Below are positions 1-12,838 of a DNA stretch of 64,000 bases, piece after piece (position 1 is the first letter of the stretch; each line of letters opens with the position of its first letter). The notes below the pieces were generated by a model. The model was not told the origin of the DNA and searched no databases. It saw only the letters and a list, made by a program, of their open reading frames with translations. The stretch is taken from positions 11,718,001 to 11,782,000 of the forward strand of contig CATNEN010000039.1 of the NCBI GenBank assembly GCA_950097015.1, written 5' to 3'. The translations under genes were made by a program, and so were the position numbers. The DNA is from Macrostomum hystrix. Its lineage: Eukaryota > Animalia > Platyhelminthes.

Positions 1-800
1 TCATCTCTCCCCTGTCTCATTCTCCCCTGTCTCATCTCTCCAGTCTCATATCTCCCGTCTCATCTCTCCCGTCTCATCTCTCCCGTCTCATCTCTCCCCT
101 GTCTCATCTCTCCCATCTCTCCCCTGTCTCATCTCTCCTATCTCTCCCCTGTCTCATCTCTCCCCTGTCTGATCTCCCCTGTCTCATCTCTCCTGTCTCA
201 TCTCTCCCGTCTCATCTCTCCCGTCTCATCTCTCCCCTGTATCATCTCTCCCGTCTCTCCCCTGTCTCATTCTCCCCTGTCTCATCTCTCCAGTCTCATA
301 TCTCCCGTCTCATCTCTCCCGTCTCATCTCTCCCGTCTCATCTCTCCCGTCTCATCTCTCCCGTCTCATCTCTCCCGTCTCATCTCTCCCGTCTCATCTC
401 TCCCGTCTCATCTCTCCCGTCTCATCTCTCCCGTCTCTCCCCTGTCTCATCTCTCCCATCTCTCCCCTGTCTCATCTCTCCTATCTCTCCCCTGTCTCAT
501 CTCTCCCCTGTCTGATCTCTCCTGTCTCATCTTTCCCGCCTCATCTCTCCCGTCTCATCTCTCCCCTGTCTCATCCCCTCCCATGTCTCATCTCTCCGTT
601 GTATGATTTCTCCCGTCTCATCTCTCCCCTGTCTCATCTCACTCCTGTCTCACCTTCCCCTGTCTCATCCCTCCTATGTCTCATCCCTCCCATGTCTCAT
701 CTCTCCGTTGCATGATCTCTTCCGTCTCATTTTTTTCCCTGTCTCATCCCTCCCATGTCGTATCTCTCCCCTGTCTCATCTCTCCTCCATTTCGTTTATC
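1..800. repeat. CT-rich minisatellite (TCTCATCTCTCCC[CT]G, 14-16 bp units), intronic to INPP1
   Basis: Visible tandem array. The same unit recurs at 4940-5087 and 11368-11590. Confidence 0.95.
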
Positions 801-1486
801 TCCTTTCTCATTTCCCCAGTCGAATAAAGAAATGACTATGCAGCAGTCTTCCTCCAGTGCCCCTGCTTAAGGAGACAAGGAATTGGCAGTTTAGTTTTTT
901 CGAATCGCTCGCTAATCTCTCTAGATTCCTCTTTGAGCTTTCTGCTTCAAAGACAGTAAGACAGACAGAGGAGGTAGAGGGGGGGGGGCAGAGAGACACG
1001 AAAGGCCGAGAAGGAGAACGAAAAAGTATGCGGAGATCGTGCAGGCTAGTATTTAGATTACTCCCGCGGGCTTCCGAGAGAGATAGAAGGGGCACAGTGG
1101 CGGAGTGAATTTCCATATTTGATGACAAGCCGGGTTGAGTAGACTCATGTTCTCTTATGCCGCGGTCGGATGGCTATCAGTCCTTGCTGGTCATGTCCAG
1201 ATAATTCCGCTTTACTGCTTAAACGAGCTCTCGGGATTAGCTGTGTGGGAGCTTGTAGCCCAGTATTCAGGACTTTGCACAGTCCACAGACTGGGCAGCT
1301 GTGCACAGCCTATGAAAAGTCCGCGCATTCGCTGCTATAGTAACTCTGGCTCTACATCTGCCCAACTAGGCTAGATGTAGTTTATCTTCGAGCGCATTAT
1401 ATATATTCTACGATTGTTATATGATTGGTTGAAGATGTAGGAGCTGGGATAGGATAGGATAGTTTTAGAAGTGACTTTTTGTGGAA

Positions 1487-1627
1487 TTTGAGGATTCTGG
1501 GATTTGAGGATTCTGGGATTTGAGGATTCTGGGATTTGAGGATTCTGGGATTTGAGGATTCTGGGATTTGAGGATTCTGGGATTTGAGGATTCTGGGATT
1601 TGAGGATTCTGGGATTTGAGGATTCTA
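1487..1627. repeat. 16-bp tandem array (GATTTGAGGATTCTGG)n
   Basis: About 8 perfect copies, period 16. Confidence 0.95.
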
Positions 1628-1853
1628 GAAGTGACTTTTTGTGGAAGTTGGGGATTTTGGGATTTGAGGATCCGATAAGTGACCTTTTCTGGAATGTGAA
1701 AAGTCTGGGAAGAGAGACTTTTGCGGAGTTTGAGACTTTTTTATTTGAGGATAAAAAAATGATACTTCAAGAAATCGGGGCTTTTCACTTGCATCCGCCT
1801 TTATTCACAATCGCATCCACATCTGAACCCAAAAATTTCAGTGAAAATTCTAG

Positions 1854-4594
1854 ATGGCAACGAGCGAGCTGCTGGAGTTCTCGCAACTTTGGCGCACGAC
1901 GATGTCAGCCTGCCGCGGCCAGCCGAGCTCCAAGCCTTTGAGCATCTTCAGCTGGACAAAAAGTCTATTGGCGTGTGGGTTGATCCCATTGGTGAGAGTT
2001 AGCTAACTTCACTCGGATTCAAATTTATTTGAGCTTACCCAGGCTCACTCAAGATTAACTCAAACCTACACATACTCTCACAAACCCATGTTCACTCTCA
2101 CAAACCCATGTTCACTCTCACAAACCCATGTTCACTCTCACAAACCCATGTTCACTCTCACAAACCCAGATTCACTCTCAAAAATCCAGATTCACTCTCA
2201 CAAACCCAGATTCACTCTCACAAACCCATGTTCACTCTCACAAACCCAGATTCACTCTCACAAACCCAGATTCACTCTCACAAACCCAGATTCACTCTCA
2301 CAAACCCAGATTCACTCTCACAAACCCAGATTCACTCTCACAAACCCAGATTCACTCTCACAAACCCAGATTCACTCTCACAAACCCAGATTCACTCTCA
2401 CAAACCCAGATTTAATCTCACAAACCCAGATTCACTCTCACAAACCCAGATTCACTCTCACAAACCCAGATTCACTCTCACAAACCCAGATTTAATCTCA
2501 CAAACCCAGATTCACTCTCACAAACCCAGATTCACTCTCACAAACCCAGATTCACTCTCACAAATCCAGATTCACTCTCACAAACCCAGATTCACTCTCA
2601 CAAACCCAGATTCACTCTCACAAACCCAGATTCACTCTCACAAATCCAGATTTTTTATATCATAAAAAATACTTATATTCACTAAAACATCAGATTTGTG
2701 TAAACTTCAGATTTACAGATCATTCATCATCCCAAGCATCATTCATTAAACCTAGCTACCATTCAGATACATCCAATTGCTACTCCAAAATGCAAAATGT
2801 GCTTCCAGATGGCACAGCCGAGTACATCACAGGCAACCGAGATCCGGAATTCAAACCAGGCGAGAACATTAGTCAGAATGGTCTGCCGAATGTGACTGTG
2901 CTTGTCGGTGTGTTCGACAAGGCCACTGGACAGCCGCTTATTGGCGTTATTAATCAGCCATTCTTTCACACAGCCGACGGCAAATCGTAAGTAACTATTA
3001 GTCAGGCTCTGTCCTGTCGGTCAAGCTTTAGTCGGAGTTATCCTTAAATAAACCGAGTTAAAAACAACAATTGGAGCTTAGCATGCTACATTTGGTGGCA
3101 GCGGTGGGATGCTCATAATTAACAGCATGAAAATCCTTGTTTTTACTGAAGTTTATCCATTTATAATTTAAGCCCCAGCTTAGCCGGCCTATTATCTATT
3201 AATTCTATGTATTTAACGGCCTATGCCGGTTAAACGTATATTCTATGGTCAAACAGTATATTTAACAATAAACAACTTACAAAAGCTTTGGGATTAAACA
3301 CTATAATACCTCCGTGAAATCGTTGTCTATGGCCAAGCGACGGCTTCGGACTGCGCTGCGCTGCAGTCGCTGCTGCCTCATGTCTGTGGCCAAAAGTGTG
3401 GTGAAGGAGCAGCCAATTTAACACTCTAGGCACCAATTTAGAATAAGCGATGGGCGGTACAACCTCGTTGTGGATGCTTTAGAAAGAGGCGAGCTACCGG
3501 CTGATATCGCGCGCTGACTGCAGCTCGACAAAACACCGGCTACTCCATTCAGAAGCGATACGAAACGACAGGACAGCGAAATCGGCGTCTGCGTGGCGGA
3601 ACTCGCGGCGCAAAGCTGGGCGAGGAACAGACAGAGTGGCTGGAGCAACATCTTGACCGGAACCCAATGATGACGCTGGCAGAGATGGCACGATCGGTAC
3701 AAGGTAGATTTGAAGGTCTTCAAGTGAGCACTGCTACAATCAGTCTAGCTTTAGACAAGCAGCTTATCACCTTGAAATGTCTGAGCCGGGATGCCGAAAT
3801 TCCTGCAGCGCGCAATACTCCAGAGAATCGACTTCGAAGGCGCAAATTCGCTCAATGGCTGATCGAATTGCCACCCGATCATCACCATATTGGGAGAAGT
3901 AAAGAAATGGGTCCTTATTGTCCTTATTGTTTAAAACATTGGGCTACAGCTTCCCTGCGTGCACCCGATCATAATACGAGTTAGCTCGCGTTATATAAAT
4001 CTAGCGTGCGTTAATACAATATTGGTACTATCAAGAGCTCGGGAACAGAACCCAAATAAAAAATACCCTTTAACTTCGCCATCCAGGTGGACTGGCCGCA
4101 TGGTGTGGGGAGCCTGCATCGGCGACATCAAGGCCACCTGCATTCCAGCCTGCCGGCGTGAATTGCAGATGGCCGAAGGCGACAAACATGCCGTCTTGAC
4201 TTCAATGTCCGACTGCAAGAAGCTAGGCACCTACCTGTGCGAGAGCTTCGAGATCCTCACAGCTCCGGGCGCCGGCTACAAGCTGTTGTGCGTCATCGAT
4301 CGTCTGTGCTCAGCTTATGTTCTGTCCAAGGACAACACGTATAGGTGGGACACCTGCGCTCCTCATGCCATTCTGAAAGCCCTAGGCGGTGGTGTTGTTC
4401 AGTATAAAGGCCTTCTGGCATCCGATTTGTCGCCAGGGAAGCGAGACCAGAGCATTCGTGAGCAGCAGATCACCTATCACAAGCAGGAGCCCAAGGCCAA
4501 CGGTTCGAACGCCTGGTGTAACGCCCAGGGTGTCATCGCCTACTGCGATCAGGAAGTCCTCATCGCGCTGGCGGATCATCTAACAAGAAAGTGA
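1854..4594 (+). CDS. INPP1: Inositol polyphosphate 1-phosphatase (IMPase/FIG superfamily), last three exons; 5' exons lie upstream of the window
   Basis: Exons 1854-1991, 2809-2986 and 4087-4594 have GT-AG boundaries and consistent phases. Splicing creates the metal-binding motif GVWVDPI|DGT. Also present: VTVLVGVFD..G.P.IGVINQPF, GAGYKLLCVI and WDTCAPHAILKALGG, typical of INPP1. Confidence 0.9.
2072..2652. repeat. 20-bp minisatellite (TTCACTCTCACAAACCCAGA)n in INPP1 intron
   Basis: About 29 copies; explains the repetitive ORFs at 2088-2665. Confidence 0.95.
3425..3890 (+). mobile_element. Decayed IS630/Tc1/mariner-type transposase N-terminal (HTH) fragment in INPP1 intron
   Basis: Reads LVVDALERGELPADIAR*LQL...YSIQKRYETTG...RGG, then TLAEMARSVQGRFEGLQVSTATISLALDKQLITLK...NTPENRLRRRKFAQWL. 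This is the double-HTH pattern of Tc1-like transposases. It has a stop and frameshifts, and no DDE domain. Confidence 0.65.
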
Positions 4595-4832
4595 AAGACT
4601 GCAGTCGCAATGATGTGACTAAATTTAACTTTTCTATGATTTGAACGTATGTTCCAATTTTATCGCATCGTTTCTGCAAAAACTGCCTGGTTTTGGCTGA
4701 GCATCATCACAGGAGCTGTAAAAAATTGCCCAACTAGAAATACTGAGATTGAGCCGAGTCTTGACCGAAATTGATTCATAATACAGGATAAACAACTCCT
4801 TTCTGACAGGTGTGGCTCGTTCTGTTAGACTG

Positions 4833-4897
4833 CAGGCGTCGGCAAATTCCGGCCCGCGGGCCAGATTCGGCCCTCGAAGCTCCCAAATCCGGCCCGC
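4833..4897 (+). mobile_element. hAT (Charlie/MER58-like) terminal fragment
   Basis: CAGGCGTCGGCAAATTCCGGCCCGCGGGCCAGATTCGGCCC...ATCCGGCCCGC resembles the hAT-Charlie end (CAGGGGTCGGCAAAC..GGCCCGCGGGCC with CCGGCCCG subterminal repeats). No partner end found. Confidence 0.6.
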
Positions 4898-4939
4898 TGC
4901 CCCTTCCTACACCTACAAAATCCTGTTTTTTTTCTTTCC

Positions 4940-5087
4940 CCTGTCTCATCACTTCTGGATCTCGCCTACCCGTGTCTCATCTCTCCAGTGTCTCATCTCT
5001 CCAGTGTCTCATCTCTCCAGTGTCTCATCTCTCCCGTGTCTCATCTCTCCAGTGTCTCATCTCTCCAGTGTCTCATCTCTCCAGTGT
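4940..5087. repeat. CT-rich 16-bp minisatellite (TCTCATCTCTCCAGTG)n
   Basis: Same family as 1-800. Confidence 0.9.
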
Positions 5088-6117
5088 ATAGTCATTCATT
5101 GAAGAATAGAAAAGCCAATCTCACATGCAAAATTAAACGACAAAAGGGGGAAAGCGGGCTCTAAGGTCCCAAAGTCACGTTTCTTTTGAACTGATATTTG
5201 AAAATCGCAGTCGATTAACCGAGTCATGCCAAGCGCTTCTGCAATTAATTAACACTGCCTCAAGACAAACCGTTTTTCGTCCTGCTTTTTCTTATCCCAG
5301 CTGCTGCATCGTTAAAAAGAAATTGCACGCGTGGTGTGCATTAAATAGACGATATTGTGCAATGTCAGTTTCTGCTGCCATGCTCCCCAAACATTCTCCA
5401 TCCATGATCCAAGAAAGTTTGTCTATCTCGAATGTTTTTTACTGAAAATCTGATTTTTCTGTCTGCTAAATTTATAATACATTTTTCGAAAACAAATTTT
5501 CACCTAGACTGCGTGACGACTCACTCTGCTAGGAGTGCATCAGTATGCAGGTGTTTGTAAGCTTTGAACTGTGAATTTAATCGAGGCAATCTACTGCAGA
5601 AAGTTAGTTTTGTGTTTTGTCAGCTTAGCCGTTACGGAAAAGAGTGATACAAAAATGTTCACAAAGAATGTTGCTTATCTCGTGTTCACAAAATTTATTC
5701 AATTCACTTATCGGCCGGCTTATCACCGCTTTGTCTAGCTATCTCGAAATTGTAAATCTCGTTCGATTTTTTAAATGCTGAACATACTTCTTTACAATTA
5801 TCTCACCTTTGTTTAAATATTGCCATTCACGCGAAAAAGTATACAGAACAGTTAACGAATGGAAATGATAATCTCGCTTTTATTGTAGACATGGAACTGA
5901 AATACTTCTTGACCAAACCACCTGGTGTTCACAAGTGTTTTAACACGATCTCTAACCTACGTACTGACTAGTAGATTTTGAAGCATCCATTTGAAGTCAT
6001 GCGTTAGAGGACTGAAGACAAATGATTTCCAAATTGGATCATTATGATGTCTTTAAAATAGGCACTCGTTCTGTCAGGATTCTCACGTTGGTGGCCCTGA
6101 CATCTAAACTGTCTAAT

Positions 6118-6480
6118 CTCTAACCCAGAACAAAGGCGCACAATGTCCCGATTTCGTCTATAGGAAACCACAAACTGGACTGTGAGACATTGCGCACTGT
6201 AAGACCGAAAATCGCTCTAGACGATTTGGACATGAAAACAGAACACGTCCAAAATGTAGAGTCGAGGTAGAGAACGAAACTCATATTCTCTTTAGATGCG
6301 ATTGGTCCGTTTATGTTCCAATTAGAAATAAATTCATAGAGAAAGTTGCAGGTACTGTTCGAAATTTCGAAAGCCTAACAGCTGATGACAAAATATTGTA
6401 TTTAATGACACAGGAAAGCACAGAATAAACAGAAAGTTTTGTGGACTTCATAGAAAGCATACTTAAAGCTAGATAAAACG
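6118..6480 (+). mobile_element. Non-LTR retrotransposon (LINE) ORF2 3'-end fragment with CCHC-type zinc knuckle region
   Basis: Translates, with frameshifts, to PEQRRTMSRFR..NHKL.CET...PKCRVEVENETHILFRC...RNKFIEKV...FESLTADDKILYLM, the typical LINE C-terminal SRFR..H.L...C..E.E.H.L..C pattern. Confidence 0.7.
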
Positions 6481-6910
6481 CCACGGCCCTGAGACCCATT
6501 GTTAGAATGCTTGATTATAGTTTGAGTTTGAGTTTTCTTATGTCTGATCGAAACTCGCAAAAACACAATGGCTATTCTCCTTTCGGGAGCAAAGTGATTT
6601 CAGTCACAGTTTTAATTTTCTCTTTAAATATCAATATTTCATTTTTTGTTTTAATACCTTTGCTTGCAAATTTCAAATATTTTATTCACCTAAAATTAAT
6701 CTCATGCATGCTACTGCTTTTCTATCGCCTTTTTTAAATCGAATCGTTCAGCCTTGTTACCAACATCAAATAAACAAAAAAATTCAGCACCCAATCGGCG
6801 TGCGCATTGCAATAATAATAATTATTATTATTAGTATTAAAGTATTTATAATGGTGTATTTGGGATATTTATATTTATAATATTTATTACATATCGTCAT
6901 ACCTCAGTGG

Positions 6911-9900
6911 GATCTCAAACTCTCAAAGATCCCAAACTCTCAAAGATCCCAAACTCTCAAAGATCCCAAACTCTCAAAGATCCCAAACTCTCATGGATCC
7001 CAAACTCTCATGGATCCCAAACTCTCAATGATCCCAAACTCTCAAAGATCCCAAACTCTCAATGATCCCAAACTCTCAAAGATCCCAAACTCTCAAAGAT
7101 CCCAAACTCTCAAAGATCCCAAACTCTCAATGATCCCAAACTCTCAATGATCCCAAACTCTCAAAGATCCCAAACTCTCAAAGATCCCAAACTCTAAATG
7201 ATCCCAAACTCTCAATGATCCCAAACTCTCAATGATCCCAAACTCTCAATGATCCCAAACTCTCAATGATCCCAAACTCTCAAAGATCCCAAACTCTCAA
7301 AGATCCCAAACTCTCAATGATCCCAAACTCTCAATGATCCCAAACTCTCAATGAACCCAAACTCTCATGGATCCCAAACTCTAATGGATCCCAAACTCTC
7401 AATGATCCCAAACTCTCAAAGATCCCAAACTCTCAAAGATCCCAAACTCTCAATGATCCCAAACTCTCAATGATCCCAAACTCTCAATGAACCCAAACTC
7501 TCATGGATCCCAAACTCTCAATGATCCCAAACTCTCATGGATCCCAAACTCTCATGGATCCCAAATTCTCAATGATCCCAAACTCTCAATGATCCCAAAC
7601 TCTCAATGATCCCAAACTCTCATGGATCCCAAACTCTCATGGATCCCAAACTCTCATGGATCCCAAACTCTCAAAGATCCCAAACTCTCAATGATCCCAA
7701 ACTCTCAATGATCCCAAACTCTCAATGATCCCAAACTCTCATGGATCCCAAACTCTCAATGATCCCAAACTCTCAATGATCCCAAACTCTCATGGATCCC
7801 AAACTCTCATGGATCCCAAACTCTCATGGATCCCAAACTCTCATGGATCCCAAACTCTCAATGATCCCAAACTCTCATGGATCCCAAACTCTCAATGATC
7901 CCAAACTCTCAATGATCCCAAACTCTCAATGATCCCAAACTCTCAATGATCCCAAACTCTCAATGATCCCAAACTCTCATGGATCCCAAACTCTCATGGA
8001 TCCCAAACTCTCATGGATCCCAAACTCTCAATGATCCCAAACTCTCAATGATCCCAAACTCTCATGGATCCCAAACTCTAATGGATCCCAAACTCTCAAT
8101 GATCCCAAACTCTCATGGATCCCAAACTCTCATGGATCCCAAACTCTCATGGATCCCAAACTCTCAATGATCCCAAACTCTCATGGATCCCAAACTCTCA
8201 TGGATCCCAAACTCTCAATGATCCCAAACTCTCATGGATCCCAAACTCTCATGGATCCCAAACTCTCAATGATCCCAAACTCTCAAAGATCCCAAACTCT
8301 CATGGATCCCAAACTCTCATGGATCCCAAACTCTCATGGATCCCAAGCTCTCATGGATCCCAAACTCTCAAAGATCCCAAACTCTCAATGATCCCAAACT
8401 CTCAATGATCCCAAACTCTCATGGATCCCAAACTCTCATGGATCCCAAACTCTCATGGATCCCAAACTCTCATGGATCCCAAACTCTCATGGATCCCAAA
8501 CTCTCATGGATCCCAAACTCTCAATGATCCCAAACTCTCATGGATCCCAAGCTCTCATGGATCCCAAACTCTCAAAGATCCCAAACTCTCAATGATCCCA
8601 AACTCTCAATGATCCCAAACTCTCATGGATCACAAACTCTCAATGATCCCAAACTCTCATGGATCCCAAGCTCTCATGGATCCCAAACTCTCATGGATCC
8701 CAAACTCTAATGGATCCCAAACTCTCAATGATCCCAAACTCTCAATGATCCCAAACTCTCAATGATCCCAAACTCTCAAAGATCCCAAACTCTCATGGAT
8801 CCCAAACTCTCATGGATCCCAAACTCTCAATGATCCCAAACTCTCAATGATCCCAAACTCTCAATGATCCCAAACTCTCATGGATCCCAAACTCTCATGG
8901 ATCCCAAACTCTCATGGATCCCAAACTCTCAATGATACCAAACTCTCAATGATACCAAACTCTCAATGATACCAAACTCTCAAAGATCCTAATCTCTTCA
9001 AGATCCCAAACTCTCATCGCTCACAAACTCTCATCGCTCACAAACTCTCATCGCTCACAAACTCTCATCGCTCACAAACTCTCATCGCTCACAAACTCTC
9101 ATCGCTCACAAACTCTCAATGATCCCAAACTCTCAATGATCCCAAACTCTCAATGATCCCAAACTCTCATGGATCCCAAACTCTCAATGATCCCAAACTC
9201 TCAATGATCCCAAACTCTCATGGATCCCAAACTCTCATGGATCCCAAACTCTCATGGATCCCAAACTCTCATGGATCCCAAACTCTCAAAGATCCCAAAC
9301 TCTCATGGATCCCAAACTCTCATGGATCCCAAACTCTCATGGATCCCAAACTCTCAAAGATCCCAAACTCTAATGGATCCCAAACTCTCAAAGATCCCAA
9401 ACTCTCATGGATCCCAAACTCTCATGGATCCCAAACTCTCAATGATCCCAAACTCTCATCTCATGGATCCCAAACTCTCATGGATCCCAAACTCTAATGG
9501 ATCCCAAACTCTCAATGATCCCAAACTCTCAATGATCCCAAACTCTCAATGATCCCAAACTCTCATGGATCCCAAACTCTCATGGATCCCAAACTCTCAT
9601 GGATCCCAAACTCTCATGGATCCCAAACTCTAAATGATCCCAAACTCTCAATGATACCAAACTCTCAAAGATCCCAAACTCTCATGGATCCCAAACTCTC
9701 ATGGATCCCAAACTCTCATGGATCCCAAACTCTCATGGATCCCAAACTCTCAATGATCCCAAACTCTCATGGATCCCAAACTCTCATGGATCCCAAACTC
9801 TCATGGATCCCAAACTCTCATGGATCCCAAACTCTCAAAGATCCCAAACTCTCATGGATCCCAAACTCTAATGGATCCCAAACTCTCAAAGATCCCAAAC

Positions 9901-10160
9901 TCTCAATGATCCTAAACCCTACTGATTCCAATCAAAGTATTGAAAACTCTCTACTCTCATTGTCTTCAGTGTTCAGCAAGATTTACAATGGACTCTCATG
10001 GATCCCAAACTCTCATGGATCCCAAACTCTCAATGATCCCAAACTCTCATGGATCCCAAACTCTCAATGATCCCAAACTCTCATGAATCCCAAACTCTCA
10101 AAGATCCCAAAATCTCATGGATCCCAAACTCTCAAAGATCCCAAACTCTCAATGATCCTA
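6911..10160. repeat. 17-bp satellite (GATCCCAAACTCTCA[AT/TG/AA])n, about 3.2 kb
   Basis: Period-17 array with three interspersed unit variants, a short CGCTCACAAACTCTCAT sub-block near 9017-9115, and an embedded copy of the flank at 9908-9993. Confidence 0.97.
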
Positions 10161-11044
10161 AATCCTCACTGATCCTAAACCCTACTGATTCCAATCAAAG
10201 TATTGAAAACTCTCTACTCTCATTGTCTTCAGTGTTCGGCAAGATTTACAATGGACTTGGCTATCGGACACAACCAAACTATAGCTTAGCGGATTCAATA
10301 CTCCTAGTGTAATTCGATTATTTCAAGTTAATCGCGGTCGACCAAAGCGGAGTCGAGGCCGGCAATGTAATCCGACTTAAATAACTGCCGAGCGCAGACT
10401 AGTATGCAACTATTACTTGCCTACATGTCAGCACACATAGATGACAATTAGCAGTTGTAATTGAATTTCCCCAACTAGACTTTGGGGGACTAGTAAGCAA
10501 CGTGTATCTCTCCTCCTACAGTTTGAATTTGTATAGCTACGAAAACTAGCCTATGGATTTGTATCGTTCCTCTGTATACTGACCCGCCACAGAGCCTACA
10601 GGAACTCGCTGCTACCCCTACACGGACTCCGCTAGCAACTAGCAAACACTAAATAAACTGCGGCGCACAAACGTGCCTGTGGGTTAAATCAAGCAAGCTG
10701 CTAGTCTGAGTTGTAGCCAATCCCTGGTCCTTTGAAGGTCGAAGTCAAATAGGCTGCTCTGGTACATAGCTGTCAAAGTGAAGCATTTTCGACACATTTT
10801 AATTTGCTAATAGCTTCATTGAGCAGGTTAAACTGTCTCTAATTTACCTGCGTCGAGTAGGTGCTGATTTTTTTTGTTTATTTTGCGTTTATAACGAGGA
10901 AATACGAGTACATACGAGTATCTAATTTCAACTAGGCTATAAAAAACAGCAAATCATAAAAGTGTAAGGAATCTAACAAAATACTCAAATGCCTTCATTA
11001 AAAACGTTATATTTGAATCCAATTAAAGCTTTCTTAAATTTAAG

Positions 11045-11308
11045 TATGTGTGCATTCCTGCGGCATTAAAATTATCGCATTTTGTTCTCGGCAGTTGAGA
11101 TTTTGAAATTTTGAGCAGTGCCAGTCACTTTCTCGATGAATTTATTCACTAGATGGAAATATAAACGGACCAATCGAACCTAACAAATAATACGAACTTC
11201 ATCATTCTCTACATGGACTCTACACTTTGGGCATGTTCAATTTTCATTGGCTGTTTGTGGTTTTGAAGACGAAATCGGGACATTGTGCGCCTTTGTTCTG
11301 GGTTAGAG
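11045..11308 (-). mobile_element. Second, inverted and diverged copy of the LINE 3' fragment at 6118-6480
   Basis: Its reverse complement aligns to 6118-6420: 42 identical bp, then shared blocks such as GATTGGTCCGTTTAT and AATAAATTCAT.GAGAAAGT. Confidence 0.75.
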
Positions 11309-11367
11309 GTTATTGTTAGGTACTTTTCTTAGCTGATTTTTTCCACCCACTGATTTCAGTATCTTAT

Positions 11368-11590
11368 TGTCTCATCTTTCACGTGTCTCATCTCTCCCGC
11401 GTCTCATCACTCCTCGGTCTCGCCTCCCCCGTGTCTCATCTCTCCGTGTCTCATCTCTCCGTGTCTCATCTCTCCACTGTCTCATCTCTCCCCTGTCTCA
11501 TCTCTTCCCTGTCTCATCTCTCCCCTGTCTCATCTCTTCCCTGTCTCATCTCTCCCCTGTCTCATCTCTTCCCTGTCTTATCTTTCCGTT
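11368..11590. repeat. CT-rich minisatellite, same family as 1-800
   Basis: GTCTCATCTCTCCC units. Confidence 0.9.
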
Positions 11591-12727
11591 GTCTTTTCTC
11601 GCCCGTGTCAATGGTTCTGACTGTTCTCTTGTTGATTTTTCTTTTTTATTTTAATCACGTAAGATATTATACTCGTAGTGATAGCTCTTCCGTATGGTCA
11701 GTGTTAGATTCCTTCCCTGTACTACGGTTAGGAAAACTGGGCGTAATAATATTAAGAAGTTTTCCTTACTTCGCTCATTAATGGAATTTTCCGTCAGCAA
11801 CGCTCTCTTGCCCAGGGTAAATCAGTGAAGAATTGAAGGAAACTAAGAATAGTGCTTAAAAAGATTTGGATAGCCTGAAAACCAAAAAGATGTGCATTTT
11901 TTTACAATAGATACCAAGCTTGCGCCAGCGAGGTGGCAATTAGGACTCTCGTACTTGTCACTGTCTGCTCATATACGAGTAATTACATTGCCAAAGCAAG
12001 TTTAGTTTAGCTACCGAAGGTTTGAAAACACACAAACAAATTCGGCTAATTTTAGCTGCATTTTAGCTCGTATTCTGCAGTGCATTAACTTGAAAATACA
12101 CACAGATGACAGGCGTTGATGAGTCTCATAGTCATGACAATGACCTAGGTAGAAATTTCCGAGCAAAATTAACGCTAAATCGAGTCTTGCCATCTCGGAT
12201 ATCATACCTTCCCGTCCAGACTCGTTAAGCAAAGGTAAAATTTAATGAAAAACAAACAAAAAAACATTTTATTGGACTTCATCAGTTCCTGCCCATTGCG
12301 AATTTCCATTTGTTTACCGTTCTTTTGTGTGTATTTTACTTCTTTTTGCTTTTGCGCCGCAAAAGATAATAAACAAACTTCGCAAAAGTTATCCGACTAG
12401 AATATCCGACTCGTAGACACGTCTTCTCGCTTTTTTTAGAATTTGGGCAAGCCTGAACACAATGGTTAACAGCGGCTCGTTTCAGCACTATCATCGCCCT
12501 CATTCGCGAGCAAGACAGACTTAAGCTGCCCTAATAAAAACAATTTTTATTGTGCAAAAAGTAAAAGAAAAAAACGAATTGTCTGCTTCATCGTGGCAGT
12601 GACCCTCAGTGACAATGAAACTAATTCAGTTAGTGTCTGGGCAGTGACACGCAGCAGAAAAAAAATTGTTGTCGGCCCAACAAGAGGAGCCACCCCAACG
12701 ACCGGAAAAACGTGAGCATTTCGATGG

Positions 12728-12735
12728 CATAAATA
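12728..12735 (+). promoter_or_regulatory. Candidate TATA box (CATAAATA) of the peptide-precursor gene
   Basis: TATA-like 8-mer about 105 bp upstream of ATG 12839. An ATTAAA poly(A)-signal candidate lies near 13297. Confidence 0.35.
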
Positions 12736-12838
12736 CCGAAGCTTTCGGGCGGTGCTGAGACCTCCAACAACCAGCTCGAGCTCACAGCTTCTCAACCAGT
12801 TTCATCGGAATAAGAATTGGCTTCACACAAGCTCAGAC

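Noticed and set aside
6118-11308. 42-bp perfect inverted repeat as TIRs of a 5.2-kb DNA transposon
   Set aside because: Homology continues inward as LINE ORF2 C-terminal coding sequence, so these are two inverted LINE fragments.
12262-12292. Minus-strand CTGATGAAGTCCAATAA as a hammerhead
   Set aside because: No GGAC-GAAA second half; the motif is incomplete.
12752-12838. N-terminal extension of the peptide ORF from a GTG start
   Set aside because: A eukaryotic gene would start at ATG 12839, which directly begins the signal peptide.
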